A program made the position numbers and the translations under genes. Shown here piece by piece: positions 10,501 to 21,657 of a stretch of DNA of 64,000 nucleotides (position 1 is its first letter; every line of letters starts with the position of its first letter). The DNA is taken from contig JBHPEE010000001.1 in the NCBI GenBank assembly GCA_042577295.1, positions 10,506 to 74,505 on the forward strand, read 5' to 3'. The notes below the pieces were generated by a model. The model was not told the origin of the DNA, did not search any database, and saw only the letters and a list, made by a program, of their open reading frames with translations. The DNA comes from Fidelibacterota bacterium (GTDB taxonomy: Bacteria > Fidelibacterota > Marinisomatia > Marinisomatales > JAHJCW01).

Positions 10501-10817
10501 TTGCAACAAAAACAATGACACAAGTAGACAGAAATAGACAAATATATAGTTCTGTTATAGCACTACTTGTCTTAGAGATTCTCTAATGCACAGTGGCCTT
10601 TTAAGCCATTGTTCGAGCGTTCGCGTTGCTCCGGAGTATCGCCTAATTTCCCCTCTCAAACATAGTTTTTCAGAGTTATTTTTCATTTTCGCAGTGTATG
10701 GGTATGGCATCATTGTGGGTCAAGTTAAAATATCAGACAATAATATCTTTGGACATATTTTTATATATTTTATGGACTAAACCTAAGTATTATAATAGTA
10801 ATTTATAATACAAATAG

Positions 10818-11366
10818 ATGTCAAATTTTAAATATGTCGATTATCCCGCAATCGGGAATGTACTTTTTGAAAAAAGCAAGAAAGCAAAGCGTGTTATTAT
10901 CTCATTTAAATCACCTTCAAACATAAGAGTAGCAGTACCAACGCATATAACACTTAGAAAAGCGGAATCTTATGTAAATCAAAAGTTAGCTTGGATAAAA
11001 AAACAACAAACCAAATATTCTAAAAAAATCAATGCTACCGAATTAACAAATGCCGTATCTTCTACAGAAAAGTTAAAACTTATAAATCAGGTTGAACTCC
11101 TTGCTAATAAACATGGTTTTACTTATGGCAAAATAACTCTGAGGAGAATGAAAACAAGATGGGGTAGCTGCACACATCATAACAACATTAGTTTAAACAT
11201 TGGATTAATTGCGCTAACAGACGAACTAAAGGATTATGTTATTTTACACGAGCTTGTACATACTAAAATCAAAAACCATAGCAAAAAATTTTGGGATGAA
11301 TTAGGCGGTATTATTCATTATCCTAAATCATTTAATAGGGAATTAAAACAAAACTATGGATTGTAG
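10818..11366 (+). CDS. YgjP-like (DUF45 / M48-related) zinc metallohydrolase
   Basis: WGSCTHHNNISLN followed by the HELVH zinc motif and KNHSKKFW, the characteristic YgjP/DUF45 layout. Confidence 0.75.
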   Translation: MSNFKYVDYPAIGNVLFEKSKKAKRVIISFKSPSNIRVAVPTHITLRKAESYVNQKLAWIKKQQTKYSKKINATELTNAVSSTEKLKLINQVELLANKHGFTYGKITLRRMKTRWGSCTHHNNISLNIGLIALTDELKDYVILHELVHTKIKNHSKKFWDELGGIIHYPKSFNRELKQNYGL

Positions 11367-11496
11367 GCGATTTAGATTGAAAAACTTTATTAAATTACTG
11401 ATACGAGGACATTTGTTTGTTTTATATGACAACCATTCTTTATGAATGATGTCTATGATTAATATAACTATTATTAAATAAAAAAAATATAAATCT

Positions 11497-12957
11497 ATGA
11501 AATATTTAAAACTCTTTTTATCGTCGATTTCAATTGTTTTAATTGTACTCAATGCTTTCAGTTGCAAAAAGGAAAACTTATCAAAAATTCCGATTACTAC
11601 AAATTCTGAAAAAGCTCTTGAGTATTACAAAGAAGGGGAAGCACTTTCACAAAAATTGCGCGGACAGGAAGCGGTATATTATTATTTAAAGGCCATTGCT
11701 GAAGACAGGGATTTTGCACTAGCATATATGCAATTAGCTGTCGTTCAAACAACTCCCAAATTGGTATTCAAATATCTAGATAAGGCAAAATCATTAAGTA
11801 AAAATACTTCTGAAGGAGAACAGCTCACAATTCTTGCTGTTGAAGCAAATTTTGATAATGACCGTGAAAAAGAAAATAATTACTATTTAGAATTAATTGA
11901 AAAATATCCAAATGATGAAAAGGTTCAAAATAGATATGGTAATTTTTTATACAGTTTACCAAAATATAAAGATGCAATCAGACATATGAAAAAGGCAATA
12001 GAAATAAACCCTGAATTATCGCAGCCATATAATATGTTAGGTTATACTTACCGACAACTCGGAGATTATGATGAGGCTGAAAAGTATTTCAAACAATACA
12101 TTGATATTATTCAAGACGATCCAAATCCCTATGATTCATATGCTGAATTATTACTTAAAAAAGGAGAGTTTGAAGAATCCATTAAATATTATCAAAAAGC
12201 CCTTGAAATGCAACCGAACTTTATCCCGTCCATTATTGGTATTGCAAATAATTTAATGCTTATGGAAAGACACGAAGATGCTTGTGATGAATTAGAACGC
12301 ATCGAATCTCTTTCTAATGATCCTGGGAACCTAAAAGCTATGCATTTTGCCAAAGCAGTAGTAAATGTAGATATTGGAAATTTCGAAAGAGCTATTAAGG
12401 AAATAAATGAAAACATTTCAATCTCAGAGAGCATTGATGATGATTTGGCAATTGGACAAGATCTAACAAACTTGGGTGTTTTACACTTATTGCATGGGAA
12501 TTATGAAAAAGCCTTGAAATATTCAGAAAAATCAATAGAATATTTTGAGAAATCCAAAATTTCACAAGACTTGAAATATTATTTGCGCAGACAATTATTT
12601 AGAACTGCAGGATGGGTCGCTTATTTTGAAAAGGATATCGACGCATTAAAAAGATACAAAGACAAGTATCAATCTTCTGCACAAAAAACTCTGAATCCAA
12701 ATGAAATAAGAAACGTTCATGAACTCGCAGGTCATATTAAATTGTTGGAAGAAAATTATATTAATGCCATTCGTGAATACAAACAAGCCACCCAACAGAA
12801 TCCACTTATATTATATTTGACTGGCACAGCTTATGAAGCGCTCGGGGACGTCGATAAGGCTCGTGAGATATATGAATCAGTAGCACATTTCAATTCATTA
12901 AATGATTTGAATTATGCTTTTATTAGAAAGACTGCATTGGCAAAGTTGAACGACTAA
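11497..12957 (+). CDS. TPR-repeat lipoprotein
   Basis: Signal peptide with Cys (LNAFSC), then repeated 34-aa TPR-like units (A..YY.KAIE..P....Y..LG..Y). Confidence 0.7.
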   Translation: MKYLKLFLSSISIVLIVLNAFSCKKENLSKIPITTNSEKALEYYKEGEALSQKLRGQEAVYYYLKAIAEDRDFALAYMQLAVVQTTPKLVFKYLDKAKSLSKNTSEGEQLTILAVEANFDNDREKENNYYLELIEKYPNDEKVQNRYGNFLYSLPKYKDAIRHMKKAIEINPELSQPYNMLGYTYRQLGDYDEAEKYFKQYIDIIQDDPNPYDSYAELLLKKGEFEESIKYYQKALEMQPNFIPSIIGIANNLMLMERHEDACDELERIESLSNDPGNLKAMHFAKAVVNVDIGNFERAIKEINENISISESIDDDLAIGQDLTNLGVLHLLHGNYEKALKYSEKSIEYFEKSKISQDLKYYLRRQLFRTAGWVAYFEKDIDALKRYKDKYQSSAQKTLNPNEIRNVHELAGHIKLLEENYINAIREYKQATQQNPLILYLTGTAYEALGDVDKAREIYESVAHFNSLNDLNYAFIRKTALAKLND

Positions 12958-12964
12958 ACAAGCA

Positions 12965-14371
12965 TTACTTCACATACCAATCAATCATATTTTCAATTGC
13001 TTCAGAGCAAACTTTACAGAACTCGCTACGATTACGAGAAAACATGATGCAGTCCACCTCCGGACGATATAGTCCTTTGGCTAGATAACGTGCCCCTTCA
13101 AAAGCGCCGACTTCTCCATAATATTTCTGAGATTTTAATATAGAACTTGTAGATTTTTTGAATTCATCTGTTAAGTCTTCCATTTCTTTTACACTTGCTC
13201 CTTCATCAACCATATTTTTGCGATTTTTTGAATACTTAAGTGCAATTTTATCATAATCAGATTGATCCCAATATGTAGGAATCGGTGTATTTTCTTCAAC
13301 TAAATGTTTCCATTTTAATTTTTCAGGATCAAATAGAGCAGTCACATTTGGTTTATTTGGCTCAAACTTTGGTGAAGATATTTCATAGGCAGTATCAGAT
13401 GTATAATATTCATCCTCTAATCCTGCAAAAGAATGTCCAAATTCATGTACAAATACATAATCTGCCTCGTTGGATAGTGCAGACACCGTTGACCACAAAT
13501 TATATATGCCACCACCGCCGTATTTTTGATCGTTAAAGATTATCATAATTGCATCATAGGGAGCTTGAGCGGCAATCTCTCGTATTTTTTTATTGGCAAA
13601 TGTTAGAACATATCTATCTGAATCAAAGGAATTAAAACGTAAATCTAGTGCGGACTTCATCCACACATTTTGCCGCGGATTGCTGATACCTATATCCTCT
13701 GAAAACACATCAACCGCCCAAACATTAAAATCTGATTTACGAGACTTAAAAGGCTCGGTATTAAACATCACCCCAATCAAATGCTTAGCATCATTTTTAA
13801 ATTGTTTTGCATCTTCCTTGCGATAGCCATCGCCAAGAATTAGAATATCAACTTTATTTTCTGCTAAACCATTATTAAATATTCTCCACACTTTGTCATT
13901 ATTTGCCACAGACGAACGATTCACAAAACGGCTTGCTGGATCGTGTTCGGTATTATATATTGTTTTATAAGTACCGTCAGGATTGCGCTTTTTCAAGGCT
14001 AATCGGAATGGATGTTTCGGTTCCGGGAATCGTTGTGATTCATGGATAGTACGCCACACGCCGTCTGCGGCTTCGCTGGTAGTCTGCCACTCACCAAAAA
14101 TACTTGCAAAAGCGTAGGAATAGATTATTTGATCTGACGCTACGTCGATTACTTCAAAGCGGTAAAGACCTAAATGCATATCATCAATTAAATTGGTCTT
14201 ACTGCCTGACCAAGCACCCTCCAAGCGAAGTTCATCTAAACTAACGCGTTCCGTGTCGGTTACACCGCTATGAAAATAATCAAACCGAAGTGTATTATCT
14301 GTAAAATAATCAGTGAAGATTATATTTTGACAAAAACCAATGGATAAAATAAATAATAAGATACGATACAT
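12965..14371 (-). CDS. Peptidase M64 (IgA-peptidase-like) family zinc metalloprotease
   Basis: Signal peptide, the [14 protein letters not shown] zinc motif, and an N-terminal beta-rich domain as in the M64 family. Confidence 0.8.
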   Translation of the reverse strand: MYRILLFILSIGFCQNIIFTDYFTDNTLRFDYFHSGVTDTERVSLDELRLEGAWSGSKTNLIDDMHLGLYRFEVIDVASDQIIYSYAFASIFGEWQTTSEAADGVWRTIHESQRFPEPKHPFRLALKKRNPDGTYKTIYNTEHDPASRFVNRSSVANNDKVWRIFNNGLAENKVDILILGDGYRKEDAKQFKNDAKHLIGVMFNTEPFKSRKSDFNVWAVDVFSEDIGISNPRQNVWMKSALDLRFNSFDSDRYVLTFANKKIREIAAQAPYDAIMIIFNDQKYGGGGIYNLWSTVSALSNEADYVFVHEFGHSFAGLEDEYYTSDTAYEISSPKFEPNKPNVTALFDPEKLKWKHLVEENTPIPTYWDQSDYDKIALKYSKNRKNMVDEGASVKEMEDLTDEFKKSTSSILKSQKYYGEVGAFEGARYLAKGLYRPEVDCIMFSRNRSEFCKVCSEAIENMIDWYVK

Positions 14372-14513
14372 TATTAAAACTCCAATTTCAATTATTGTTC
14401 GGTATTACGCTATAGCATTTAATCTTGTTTTCGCAAACAAAAAAGAGGTTCTAAATTCAAGCTTAATTTTACAGAATAAAAATACATTTCAAACAAATAA
14501 AAAATATATTTCT

Positions 14514-17393
14514 ATGACAAAATCAAACGATTCATTAATCCCGCGCCATATAGGTCCGTCAAAAAAAGACATTCACAAAATGCTAAAGGTTATTGGTTTG
14601 GACTCATTAGAAGATCTAGTAAATGAAACTATTCCTAAATCAATATTAAGCAAGAAACAACTTACAATTGGCAAAGATATTAGTGAATATGATCTTACAC
14701 ATTTATCCAAAATAATTGCTGCTAAAAACACGGTGTTTCGTTCATTTATCGGGCAGGGATATTATGGTACAAAAGTTCCAGCTGTAATTCAGCGTAACAT
14801 TTTGGAGAATCCGGGTTGGTATACGCAATACACACCATATCAAGCGGAAATTTCTCAAGGTCGATTAGAAGCTTTGCTTATTTTCCAAACAATGATATCT
14901 GATCTAACCGGCTTGCCCTTGGCAAATGCATCGTTACTTGATGAGGCAACCGCTTCCGCCGAGGCGATGGCGATGTTCTTCCGCGAAGTAAAAGACAATA
15001 ACCATAATGTATTTTTCGTTTCGGAATTCTGTCATCCACAAACAATTGACGTTCTTAAAACTCGCTCCGCTCCGTTTGGGATTGAATTAATTATTGGGGA
15101 TCATCAATCCTTTGAATTTAATGATAATGTTTTTGGCGCACTTGTTCAATATCCGGCAAGCGATGGTGAAATATTCGATTATACTAATTTCTGTAAATCT
15201 GCCCACAGTTCGGGAGCTTATGTTGCTGTAGCGGCCGATATTATGAGCTTATTATTATTAACCCCACCCGGTGAATTTGGTGCCGATGTTGCCATTGGTA
15301 ATACTCAACGATTTGGTGTACCAATGGGATACGGTGGTCCACACGCCGCTTATTTTGCAGCTAGTGAAAAATTTCAGCGTAAAATTCCCGGCCGGGTAAT
15401 TGGCGTAACGATAGATAGACACGGCAATCAAGCATATCGTATGGCACTACAAACTCGTGAACAGCATATTCGACGTGAGAAGGCCACTTCCAATATTTGC
15501 ACAGCTCAAGTATTATTGGCAATTATGGCCGGAATGTATGCTGTTTATCATGGACCGGAACGCTTAAAACAAATTGCTGAATCTATCCATCAAAAAACAA
15601 AATATTTAGCGCATGGGATTTCAAAGCTTGGTCACAAAGTTATAACCAAATCATATTTCGATACTTTAAGAATATCGTTAAACGGAAAATCCGCTAATGA
15701 AGTGCGTGAACTCACCGAAAAAGCACAAATTAATTTCCGATATTATGATAATGGAGATATTGGAATTAGTTTAGATGAACTAACAACAGAAAAAGATATT
15801 GATGACATTTTAAAAACTTTAGCCACAAATGACATCCATCTACGCCGAGGCTATCGCGGACAGGCTGATAACTCTAATATTAAAAACAAAGAGGATGAAT
15901 ACATTGTTAAATTAAAAAGGAAATCGGACTACTTGACGCATCCAACCTTTAGTTTATATCATTCCGAGACTGAGATGATGCGCTACTTACATCGTTTGGA
16001 AATTAAAGATTTATCGTTAAACACCAGTATGATTCCGCTTGGCTCGTGCACTATGAAACTGAATGCCGCATCCGAAATGATGCCAATATCTTTGCCTGCG
16101 TTCACTGAATTACATCCTTTTGTTCCAACTGAACAAGCACAAGGATATCATCAAATAATTGAGGAATTGGGAAATTATTTGAAAGAAATTACCGGACTAC
16201 CTTCTATTTCTATGCAACCAAATTCAGGAGCTCAAGGAGAATATACCGGATTAATGGTAATTCGAGCCTTTCATCAAAGTAATAATGAATCCGGGCGCAA
16301 TATTTGCTTAATTCCTGCTTCTGCACATGGAACAAATCCGGCAAGCGCCATAATGGCAGGTATGAAAGTTGTCGTTATCAAATGTGATGATAATGGCAAT
16401 ATAGATATTACTGATTTACGAACCAAAGCCGAGCAGTATAGCCAAAACTTGGCGGCATTTATGGTTACCTATCCCTCAACTCACGGCGTTTTTGAAGAAG
16501 CAATCGGTGAAATGTGTGACATAATCCATAAAAATGGCGGACAAGTTTATATGGATGGTGCCAATCTGAATGCAATGGTTGGGCTTTGCTATCCCGCTGA
16601 TTTCGGTGCGGACGTAATTCATATCAATCTGCATAAAACCTTTGCTATTCCACATGGTGGCGGCGGTCCCGGAATGGGTCCAATTTGTGTTGCCAAACAT
16701 CTTGCTGACTTTATACCTAAACACAGTGTCGTTAATACTACTGGTGTAAAAGGCACAACTGCTGTGTCAGCTGCTCCGTGGGGCAGCGCCAATATACTAC
16801 CAATTTCTTGGGCATATATTACAATGATGAATGGTGCCGGGCTAACCCAGGCATCGCAAGTTGCGATACTGAACGCCAACTACATGGCAAAGCGCTTGGA
16901 AGAACATTTCCCCATCCTTTATCACGGTGCTAAAGGAAGAGTTGGACATGAGTTCATAATTGACCTGCGTCCCCTACGTAAAACCTCAGGGATTACCGAA
17001 GAAGATGTTGCCAAACGCTTAATGGACTACGGATACCACGCTCCCACGATGTCCTTTCCTGTTCCCGGAACACTGATGATCGAGCCGACCGAAAGTGAAT
17101 CCAAGACTGAATTAGATAGATTCTGTGAGGCATTAATTTTAATAAAGCAGGAAATTTTAGATGTGGAGAACGGTAAGGCAGACAAAACCAATAATGTTCT
17201 TAAAAACGCTCCGCATACTGCACAGGAAATTGCTTCGGATAATTGGAGTCACCCCTATTCTCGTGAACAAGCTACTTACCCCACCGATTGGCTCAAGGAA
17301 AGCAAGTTTTGGCCTTCAGTTGGGCGTGTTGACAATGCTTATGGTGACAGGCATTTGGTGTGTGCTTGTCCACCAATTGAGGAATATGAATAA
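14514..17393 (+). CDS. gcvP: Glycine dehydrogenase (decarboxylating), single-chain P protein
   Basis: About 960 aa starting [16 protein letters not shown]. It has conserved GcvP blocks ([24 protein letters not shown], the PLP-lysine region [16 protein letters not shown]). The ATG at 14514 is chosen over the ORF-track start at 14340. Confidence 0.95.
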   Translation: MTKSNDSLIPRHIGPSKKDIHKMLKVIGLDSLEDLVNETIPKSILSKKQLTIGKDISEYDLTHLSKIIAAKNTVFRSFIGQGYYGTKVPAVIQRNILENPGWYTQYTPYQAEISQGRLEALLIFQTMISDLTGLPLANASLLDEATASAEAMAMFFREVKDNNHNVFFVSEFCHPQTIDVLKTRSAPFGIELIIGDHQSFEFNDNVFGALVQYPASDGEIFDYTNFCKSAHSSGAYVAVAADIMSLLLLTPPGEFGADVAIGNTQRFGVPMGYGGPHAAYFAASEKFQRKIPGRVIGVTIDRHGNQAYRMALQTREQHIRREKATSNICTAQVLLAIMAGMYAVYHGPERLKQIAESIHQKTKYLAHGISKLGHKVITKSYFDTLRISLNGKSANEVRELTEKAQINFRYYDNGDIGISLDELTTEKDIDDILKTLATNDIHLRRGYRGQADNSNIKNKEDEYIVKLKRKSDYLTHPTFSLYHSETEMMRYLHRLEIKDLSLNTSMIPLGSCTMKLNAASEMMPISLPAFTELHPFVPTEQAQGYHQIIEELGNYLKEITGLPSISMQPNSGAQGEYTGLMVIRAFHQSNNESGRNICLIPASAHGTNPASAIMAGMKVVVIKCDDNGNIDITDLRTKAEQYSQNLAAFMVTYPSTHGVFEEAIGEMCDIIHKNGGQVYMDGANLNAMVGLCYPADFGADVIHINLHKTFAIPHGGGGPGMGPICVAKHLADFIPKHSVVNTTGVKGTTAVSAAPWGSANILPISWAYITMMNGAGLTQASQVAILNANYMAKRLEEHFPILYHGAKGRVGHEFIIDLRPLRKTSGITEEDVAKRLMDYGYHAPTMSFPVPGTLMIEPTESESKTELDRFCEALILIKQEILDVENGKADKTNNVLKNAPHTAQEIASDNWSHPYSREQATYPTDWLKESKFWPSVGRVDNAYGDRHLVCACPPIEEYE

Positions 17394-17414
17394 TACAGAT
17401 AAACAGTATTTTTA

Positions 17415-19286
17415 TTAATTATTCTGCAGTTCTTCTAATTCCGTTAATAAAACGAAATAGGATTCCTCAACTCTTTTCTCTTGCTCCAGAAATTTTTGTA
17501 TCTTCTCATAATCACTTGCAATATTAGGATTTAATAAATCCATTTTAATATTTTCTAAATTTTTTTCTTGCTCTTTGAGCTTTCGTTTTAACACCCTGAT
17601 TCTATTTTCAATCTTCTTTTGTTCTTTATAATTTGATTTATTTTTAGTTGTTGGCTTCTCAATTTTTTCAGTTTTACTGTTCTTATTGATCTCTGATCCC
17701 TTTTTCCAGCTATAATAATCATAATTGCCGGAATATATTACAACTCCACCATTTCCAATATCATATGTAGTATTGGTTATTTCATTTAAAAAATGTCGGT
17801 CGTGAGAAATACATACAATTGTACCTACATATTTCTTCAAGGCTGCTTCCACTACATCACGCGATATCATATCAAGATGATTGGTTGGTTCGTCCAATAG
17901 CAATAAATTGGCAGGTTGAATTAGCATTTTAGCAAGCGCTAAACGCGATTTTTCACCTCCGGAAAGCACCTTAATAAGCTTGCTTACAGAATTACCTGAA
18001 AATAAAAAACTGCCTAAATAACTCCGTATTTCTGATTCATTTTTACCGCTCGAGGCACTTTGCAGTGCTTCAAATACTGTATGATTAGGATTTAGTGTTT
18101 CTAATTGATGTTGGGCAAAATAAGCGATTGTCACATCTTTCCCGGGGCGCAACGTTCCTGTAGAAATCGGTTCAACACCGGCAAGCATTTTTAATAAAGT
18201 TGATTTCCCCGCACCGTTATGACCAACGAGACCTATCGTCTGTCCTCTTTCTATTTCAATATTAAGATTATCGTACACTGAAATCTCATCATAATGTTTA
18301 CTGACATTTTTTAGGCTGACAACTTTCAATGGACTCCTCGAAGGAAGAGGTATTTTTATATTTATACGTTTTTTATTTTGAGTCGGTTCATCGATCAATT
18401 CTAATTTTTCTAATTGTTTGATCTTGCTTTGTACTTGTCTTGATTTAGTATTTTTATAGCGGAATCTCTCAATAAAACGCTTAGTTTGGGCAATCATATC
18501 TTGCTGGTTAGAATATGCAGCTTGCTGTTGCTCTATTCTAATTTGTTTTTGTTTTAGGAAGCTTGAATAATTGCCATTATACAGTATTACTTTGGCCTGG
18601 TCAATTTCAACAATATGATTGACAGATTTATTTAGAAATTCCCGGTCGTGGCTAATCATTACTATGCTTCCTTTCCAGTCCGCAAGAAAACTTTCCAGCC
18701 ATAACGTTGCGTCTAAATCAAGATGATTGGTTGGTTCATCTAAAAATAATACATCGGGGTTTTGTAGCAATATTCCCGCTAAAGCGACACGCATCCGCCA
18801 GCCACCACTGAATGTATCAAGATTTCTTTGAAATTGATCTGTTGTAAACCCAAGACCACCCAAAATTTCTTTGGCTCTCTTATCAATAGTCCATCCACCA
18901 ATACTATCAAATCGTTGTTGCAAATCGCCAAGTATCTTTAGTTTTTTTGTATCGTTAGGATTGTTTGTTATTTCTGATGAAATAATTGCCAGCTTGTTTT
19001 CAATCTCTCGTATTTCAGGAAAAGAACTCAGCACTTCATCAAGTATTGATTGATTAGTACCAATAATAATGTCCTGCGGTAAATGACCTATCGAAAGTCC
19101 TTTGTTTTTCAGAATAGTACCTCCGTCGGGAGATTCATCACCAAGCATTAATCGTAAGAGTGTTGTCTTGCCGGAACCGTTTGGACCAACTAATCCAATG
19201 CACATATTCTTTTTTATCAATAATGATACATTGCTAAATAAAATTCCGTCCGGATATTCCTTTGATATATTATCTAATTGAATCAT
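17415..19286 (-). CDS. ABC-F family ATPase (two ABC domains, no TM domain)
   Basis: Two Walker A motifs (GPNGSGKTT, GHNGAGKST), two LSGG signatures, an inter-domain linker and a C-terminal coiled-coil tail. Confidence 0.9.
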   Translation of the reverse strand: MIQLDNISKEYPDGILFSNVSLLIKKNMCIGLVGPNGSGKTTLLRLMLGDESPDGGTILKNKGLSIGHLPQDIIIGTNQSILDEVLSSFPEIREIENKLAIISSEITNNPNDTKKLKILGDLQQRFDSIGGWTIDKRAKEILGGLGFTTDQFQRNLDTFSGGWRMRVALAGILLQNPDVLFLDEPTNHLDLDATLWLESFLADWKGSIVMISHDREFLNKSVNHIVEIDQAKVILYNGNYSSFLKQKQIRIEQQQAAYSNQQDMIAQTKRFIERFRYKNTKSRQVQSKIKQLEKLELIDEPTQNKKRINIKIPLPSRSPLKVVSLKNVSKHYDEISVYDNLNIEIERGQTIGLVGHNGAGKSTLLKMLAGVEPISTGTLRPGKDVTIAYFAQHQLETLNPNHTVFEALQSASSGKNESEIRSYLGSFLFSGNSVSKLIKVLSGGEKSRLALAKMLIQPANLLLLDEPTNHLDMISRDVVEAALKKYVGTIVCISHDRHFLNEITNTTYDIGNGGVVIYSGNYDYYSWKKGSEINKNSKTEKIEKPTTKNKSNYKEQKKIENRIRVLKRKLKEQEKNLENIKMDLLNPNIASDYEKIQKFLEQEKRVEESYFVLLTELEELQNN

Positions 19287-19343
19287 TTATGTTTATTTAC
19301 TTGAGCCTTGCGAAGGTTCCAAACCTTTGCAAGGATTTTTTGT

Positions 19344-20630
19344 TTAAAGTATATTACCAACCAAATAATCTATTTCGTTTTCTATCAGCTTCACTGTAAC
19401 AATTCTATTTTGTAATTCTTCTGTCCCCGCTGCGATAACTTTTATATAATTTTCGGTGTGTCCCTGTATTTTGCCATTAAAATGTGTTTCAAATAGCACT
19501 TTTCTTTCTTGTCCGATAAATTTATTATAAAATGTTTTTTGCTTTGAATCGGATAATTCATGCAAAATTTTGCTTCGTTCTTTGCGTTGAGCATGGGTAA
19601 CAATGTTTTTGAAATCTAATGCTCTAGTATTGTCACGTGGGGAATAGGAAAATACATGTAAATATGAAATATCTAAACTATTTATGAAATCATACGTCTC
19701 TTGGAAATATTTTTCTATCTCGGTAGGGAATCCGACTATTACATCGACTCCAATACAACAATCAGGCATGACAGATTTTATTCTATCAACCCGTTCGGCA
19801 TATAATTCCCGCTGATACCGGCGACGCATATCTTTCAAAATTTTATTTGAACCGGATTGCAAAGGAATGTGGAAGTGCGGTACAAATAGTTTTGATTCTG
19901 CGATGAATTCAATTGTTTCTGTGGTTAATAGATTAGGTTCAATTGATGAAATTCTAATACGATCAATATTTTCTAATTTGTCTAATTCCTTTATTAAATC
20001 ATAAAATGTTTCATTTGTACCGCTTCCAAAATCACCAGTATTTACACCGGTTAGTACAATTTCTCGAGTATTTGTTTTATCAATTTTTTTTGCCTGCTGC
20101 ATCGTATTTTTGATATTATCACTTCTACTCTTTCCACGTGCTAAGGGAATTGTACAGTAAGTACATTCATAATCACAGCCATCTTGTACTTTGAGAAAGG
20201 TTCTGGTTCTTTCATCTCTAGAATAAGAAGAATGAAATTTGTCTAGTCTATCAATATTGCCATGATAATCAAACATACCTTTGTTATTTTGAAAATCCTG
20301 ATAATGTTCAAATACATTATATTTTTCATCATTGCCTAATACTGTACTTACCCCAGGTATAGATTTAGATTCTTCCAGATTTAATTGAGAAAAACATCCT
20401 ACCATAGCAATAAAAGCATCAGGATTGTTACGATTGGCTTGATGCACAGCTTTTCGACAATCTTTATCAGCATTTGCAGTAACAGTACAAGTATTTATTA
20501 CGTAGACATCTGCTTTGCAATTAAAATCCACTATATCGAATCCTTGATTTTGAAATTTGCGGGAAATGGTCGAAGTTTCAGCAAAATTTAATTTACATCC
20601 AATGGTCTTGAGTGCTATTCGTTTATTCAT
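19344..20630 (-). CDS. mtaB: Radical-SAM methylthiotransferase, MtaB/MiaB-like
   Basis: N-terminal MTTase domain (TIGCKLNFAETS), the radical SAM motif CDYECTYC, and a C-terminal TRAM-like region. The ATG at 20630 is preferred to the TTG at 20681. Confidence 0.8.
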   Translation of the reverse strand: MNKRIALKTIGCKLNFAETSTISRKFQNQGFDIVDFNCKADVYVINTCTVTANADKDCRKAVHQANRNNPDAFIAMVGCFSQLNLEESKSIPGVSTVLGNDEKYNVFEHYQDFQNNKGMFDYHGNIDRLDKFHSSYSRDERTRTFLKVQDGCDYECTYCTIPLARGKSRSDNIKNTMQQAKKIDKTNTREIVLTGVNTGDFGSGTNETFYDLIKELDKLENIDRIRISSIEPNLLTTETIEFIAESKLFVPHFHIPLQSGSNKILKDMRRRYQRELYAERVDRIKSVMPDCCIGVDVIVGFPTEIEKYFQETYDFINSLDISYLHVFSYSPRDNTRALDFKNIVTHAQRKERSKILHELSDSKQKTFYNKFIGQERKVLFETHFNGKIQGHTENYIKVIAAGTEELQNRIVTVKLIENEIDYLVGNIL

Positions 20631-20727
20631 AATCTCATAAAATTTGGGCGGGAATTTCGCCAAAAAAGATGTCTCAAACAAGTCATGAACAGCGCAATAT
20701 ATTCTTAATGAGTGTTAAGTTTGCTCC

Positions 20728-21657
20728 ATGTGGAGAAAGAAAAATATTAAAGTTGGCTTAGCGTTAGGGAGTGGTTCCGCTCGCGGTTGGGCGCATATTG
20801 GGGCTATTGAGGCAATTGAAGAAGCCGGAATTCCGATTCACTATGTTGCAGGTACAAGTATTGGGGCCTTTGTGGGGGCAGTTTATGCAACCGGCGATCT
20901 TGACAGCTTAAAGCAATTTGCTTTACAGATGGATTGGAAAAAAGTTTTATCGTATTTTGACGTTGTTTTCCCACGTTCCGGATTAATGGACGGTAAAAAA
21001 GTACACGAATTATTCTCGATTCATACTAAAGCAAGAACTTTCGACGATTTTAAGATTCCTGTTAAAATAATTGCTACCGATTTAAATACCGGAGAAAAAG
21101 TAATAATTGATTCCGGTAATATCATTGAAAGTATTCGCGCAAGTTTGTCAGTTCCAGGAGTCTTTACTCCTGTTAATTTAAACAATAAGTGGTTGGTGGA
21201 TGGCGGGTTGGTAGATCCGGTTCCGGTAAAAGTCGTACGTGAAATGGGCGCCGATATAGTTATTGGTATTGACCTCAACTCCCGGCTTTCGAATAGCAAT
21301 TTTCCAAAAAAAATAAAGAAGCCAGACAAAGCCAAACCATCACTTAAAGAACGAAATGAATTAATTGCCCGCATTTCCGCACAATACGGCAATGCCGAAA
21401 AAGCGGTTAAAAAGCAAATAAGTCGTTGGTATACGCCCAGTTCCAGACCAAACATTCTCGATGTACTGGGTTCATCCATCGGTATTATGGAAGAGCAGAT
21501 AACGCGCATCAATTTAGCAATGGATCCTCCTGATATATTAATTCAACCGCGATTGGGAAACTTGAAAATGTTTGATTTTGATCAAGCCGAACAGTCAATA
21601 CAAGAAGGATATACGCAAGCCAAATATCAAATTGAGAATATTAAAGCACTGCTTTAG
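20728..21657 (+). CDS. Patatin-like phospholipase (RssA-like)
   Basis: GSGSARG oxyanion motif, GTSIG nucleophile elbow, and the DGG catalytic Asp motif (LVDGGL). Confidence 0.85.
   Translation: MWRKKNIKVGLALGSGSARGWAHIGAIEAIEEAGIPIHYVAGTSIGAFVGAVYATGDLDSLKQFALQMDWKKVLSYFDVVFPRSGLMDGKKVHELFSIHTKARTFDDFKIPVKIIATDLNTGEKVIIDSGNIIESIRASLSVPGVFTPVNLNNKWLVDGGLVDPVPVKVVREMGADIVIGIDLNSRLSNSNFPKKIKKPDKAKPSLKERNELIARISAQYGNAEKAVKKQISRWYTPSSRPNILDVLGSSIGIMEEQITRINLAMDPPDILIQPRLGNLKMFDFDQAEQSIQEGYTQAKYQIENIKALL

Noticed and set aside
10564-10640. Possible tRNA-Lys(UUU) gene
   Set aside because: The anticodon-arm and T-arm look-alikes exist. However, the acceptor stem does not pair (TACTTGT against CGGAGTA has two mismatches and a wobble). 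The D-loop lacks GG, six nt instead of one separate the D and anticodon stems, and the T-loop lacks A58. I report it only as an unexplained structure.
10818-11366. YgjP/DUF45 protein as a marker of a type I restriction-modification island
   Set aside because: No hsdR/M/S or other defence genes are nearby. Its flanks are a lipoprotein gene and a TPR protein gene.
14372-14513. Glycine riboswitch upstream of gcvP
   Set aside because: The spacer is AT-rich and lacks the conserved GGAGAG / CACCG cores of glycine riboswitch aptamers.
14340-14513. N-terminal 58-aa extension of the gcvP ORF
   Set aside because: The extension overlaps the divergent M64 gene start and has no GcvP homology. Conserved GcvP sequence begins right after the ATG at 14514.
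21021-21512. 163-aa minus-strand ORF
   Set aside because: It lies antisense within the patatin-like phospholipase gene, which carries all three catalytic motifs.
20728-21657. Patatin-like lipase as part of a CBASS-type defence system
   Set aside because: No cyclase/nucleotidyltransferase, E1/E2-like or other CBASS component is adjacent. Its neighbours are mtaB and an ABC-2 exporter, and the RssA-like architecture fits a housekeeping lipase.
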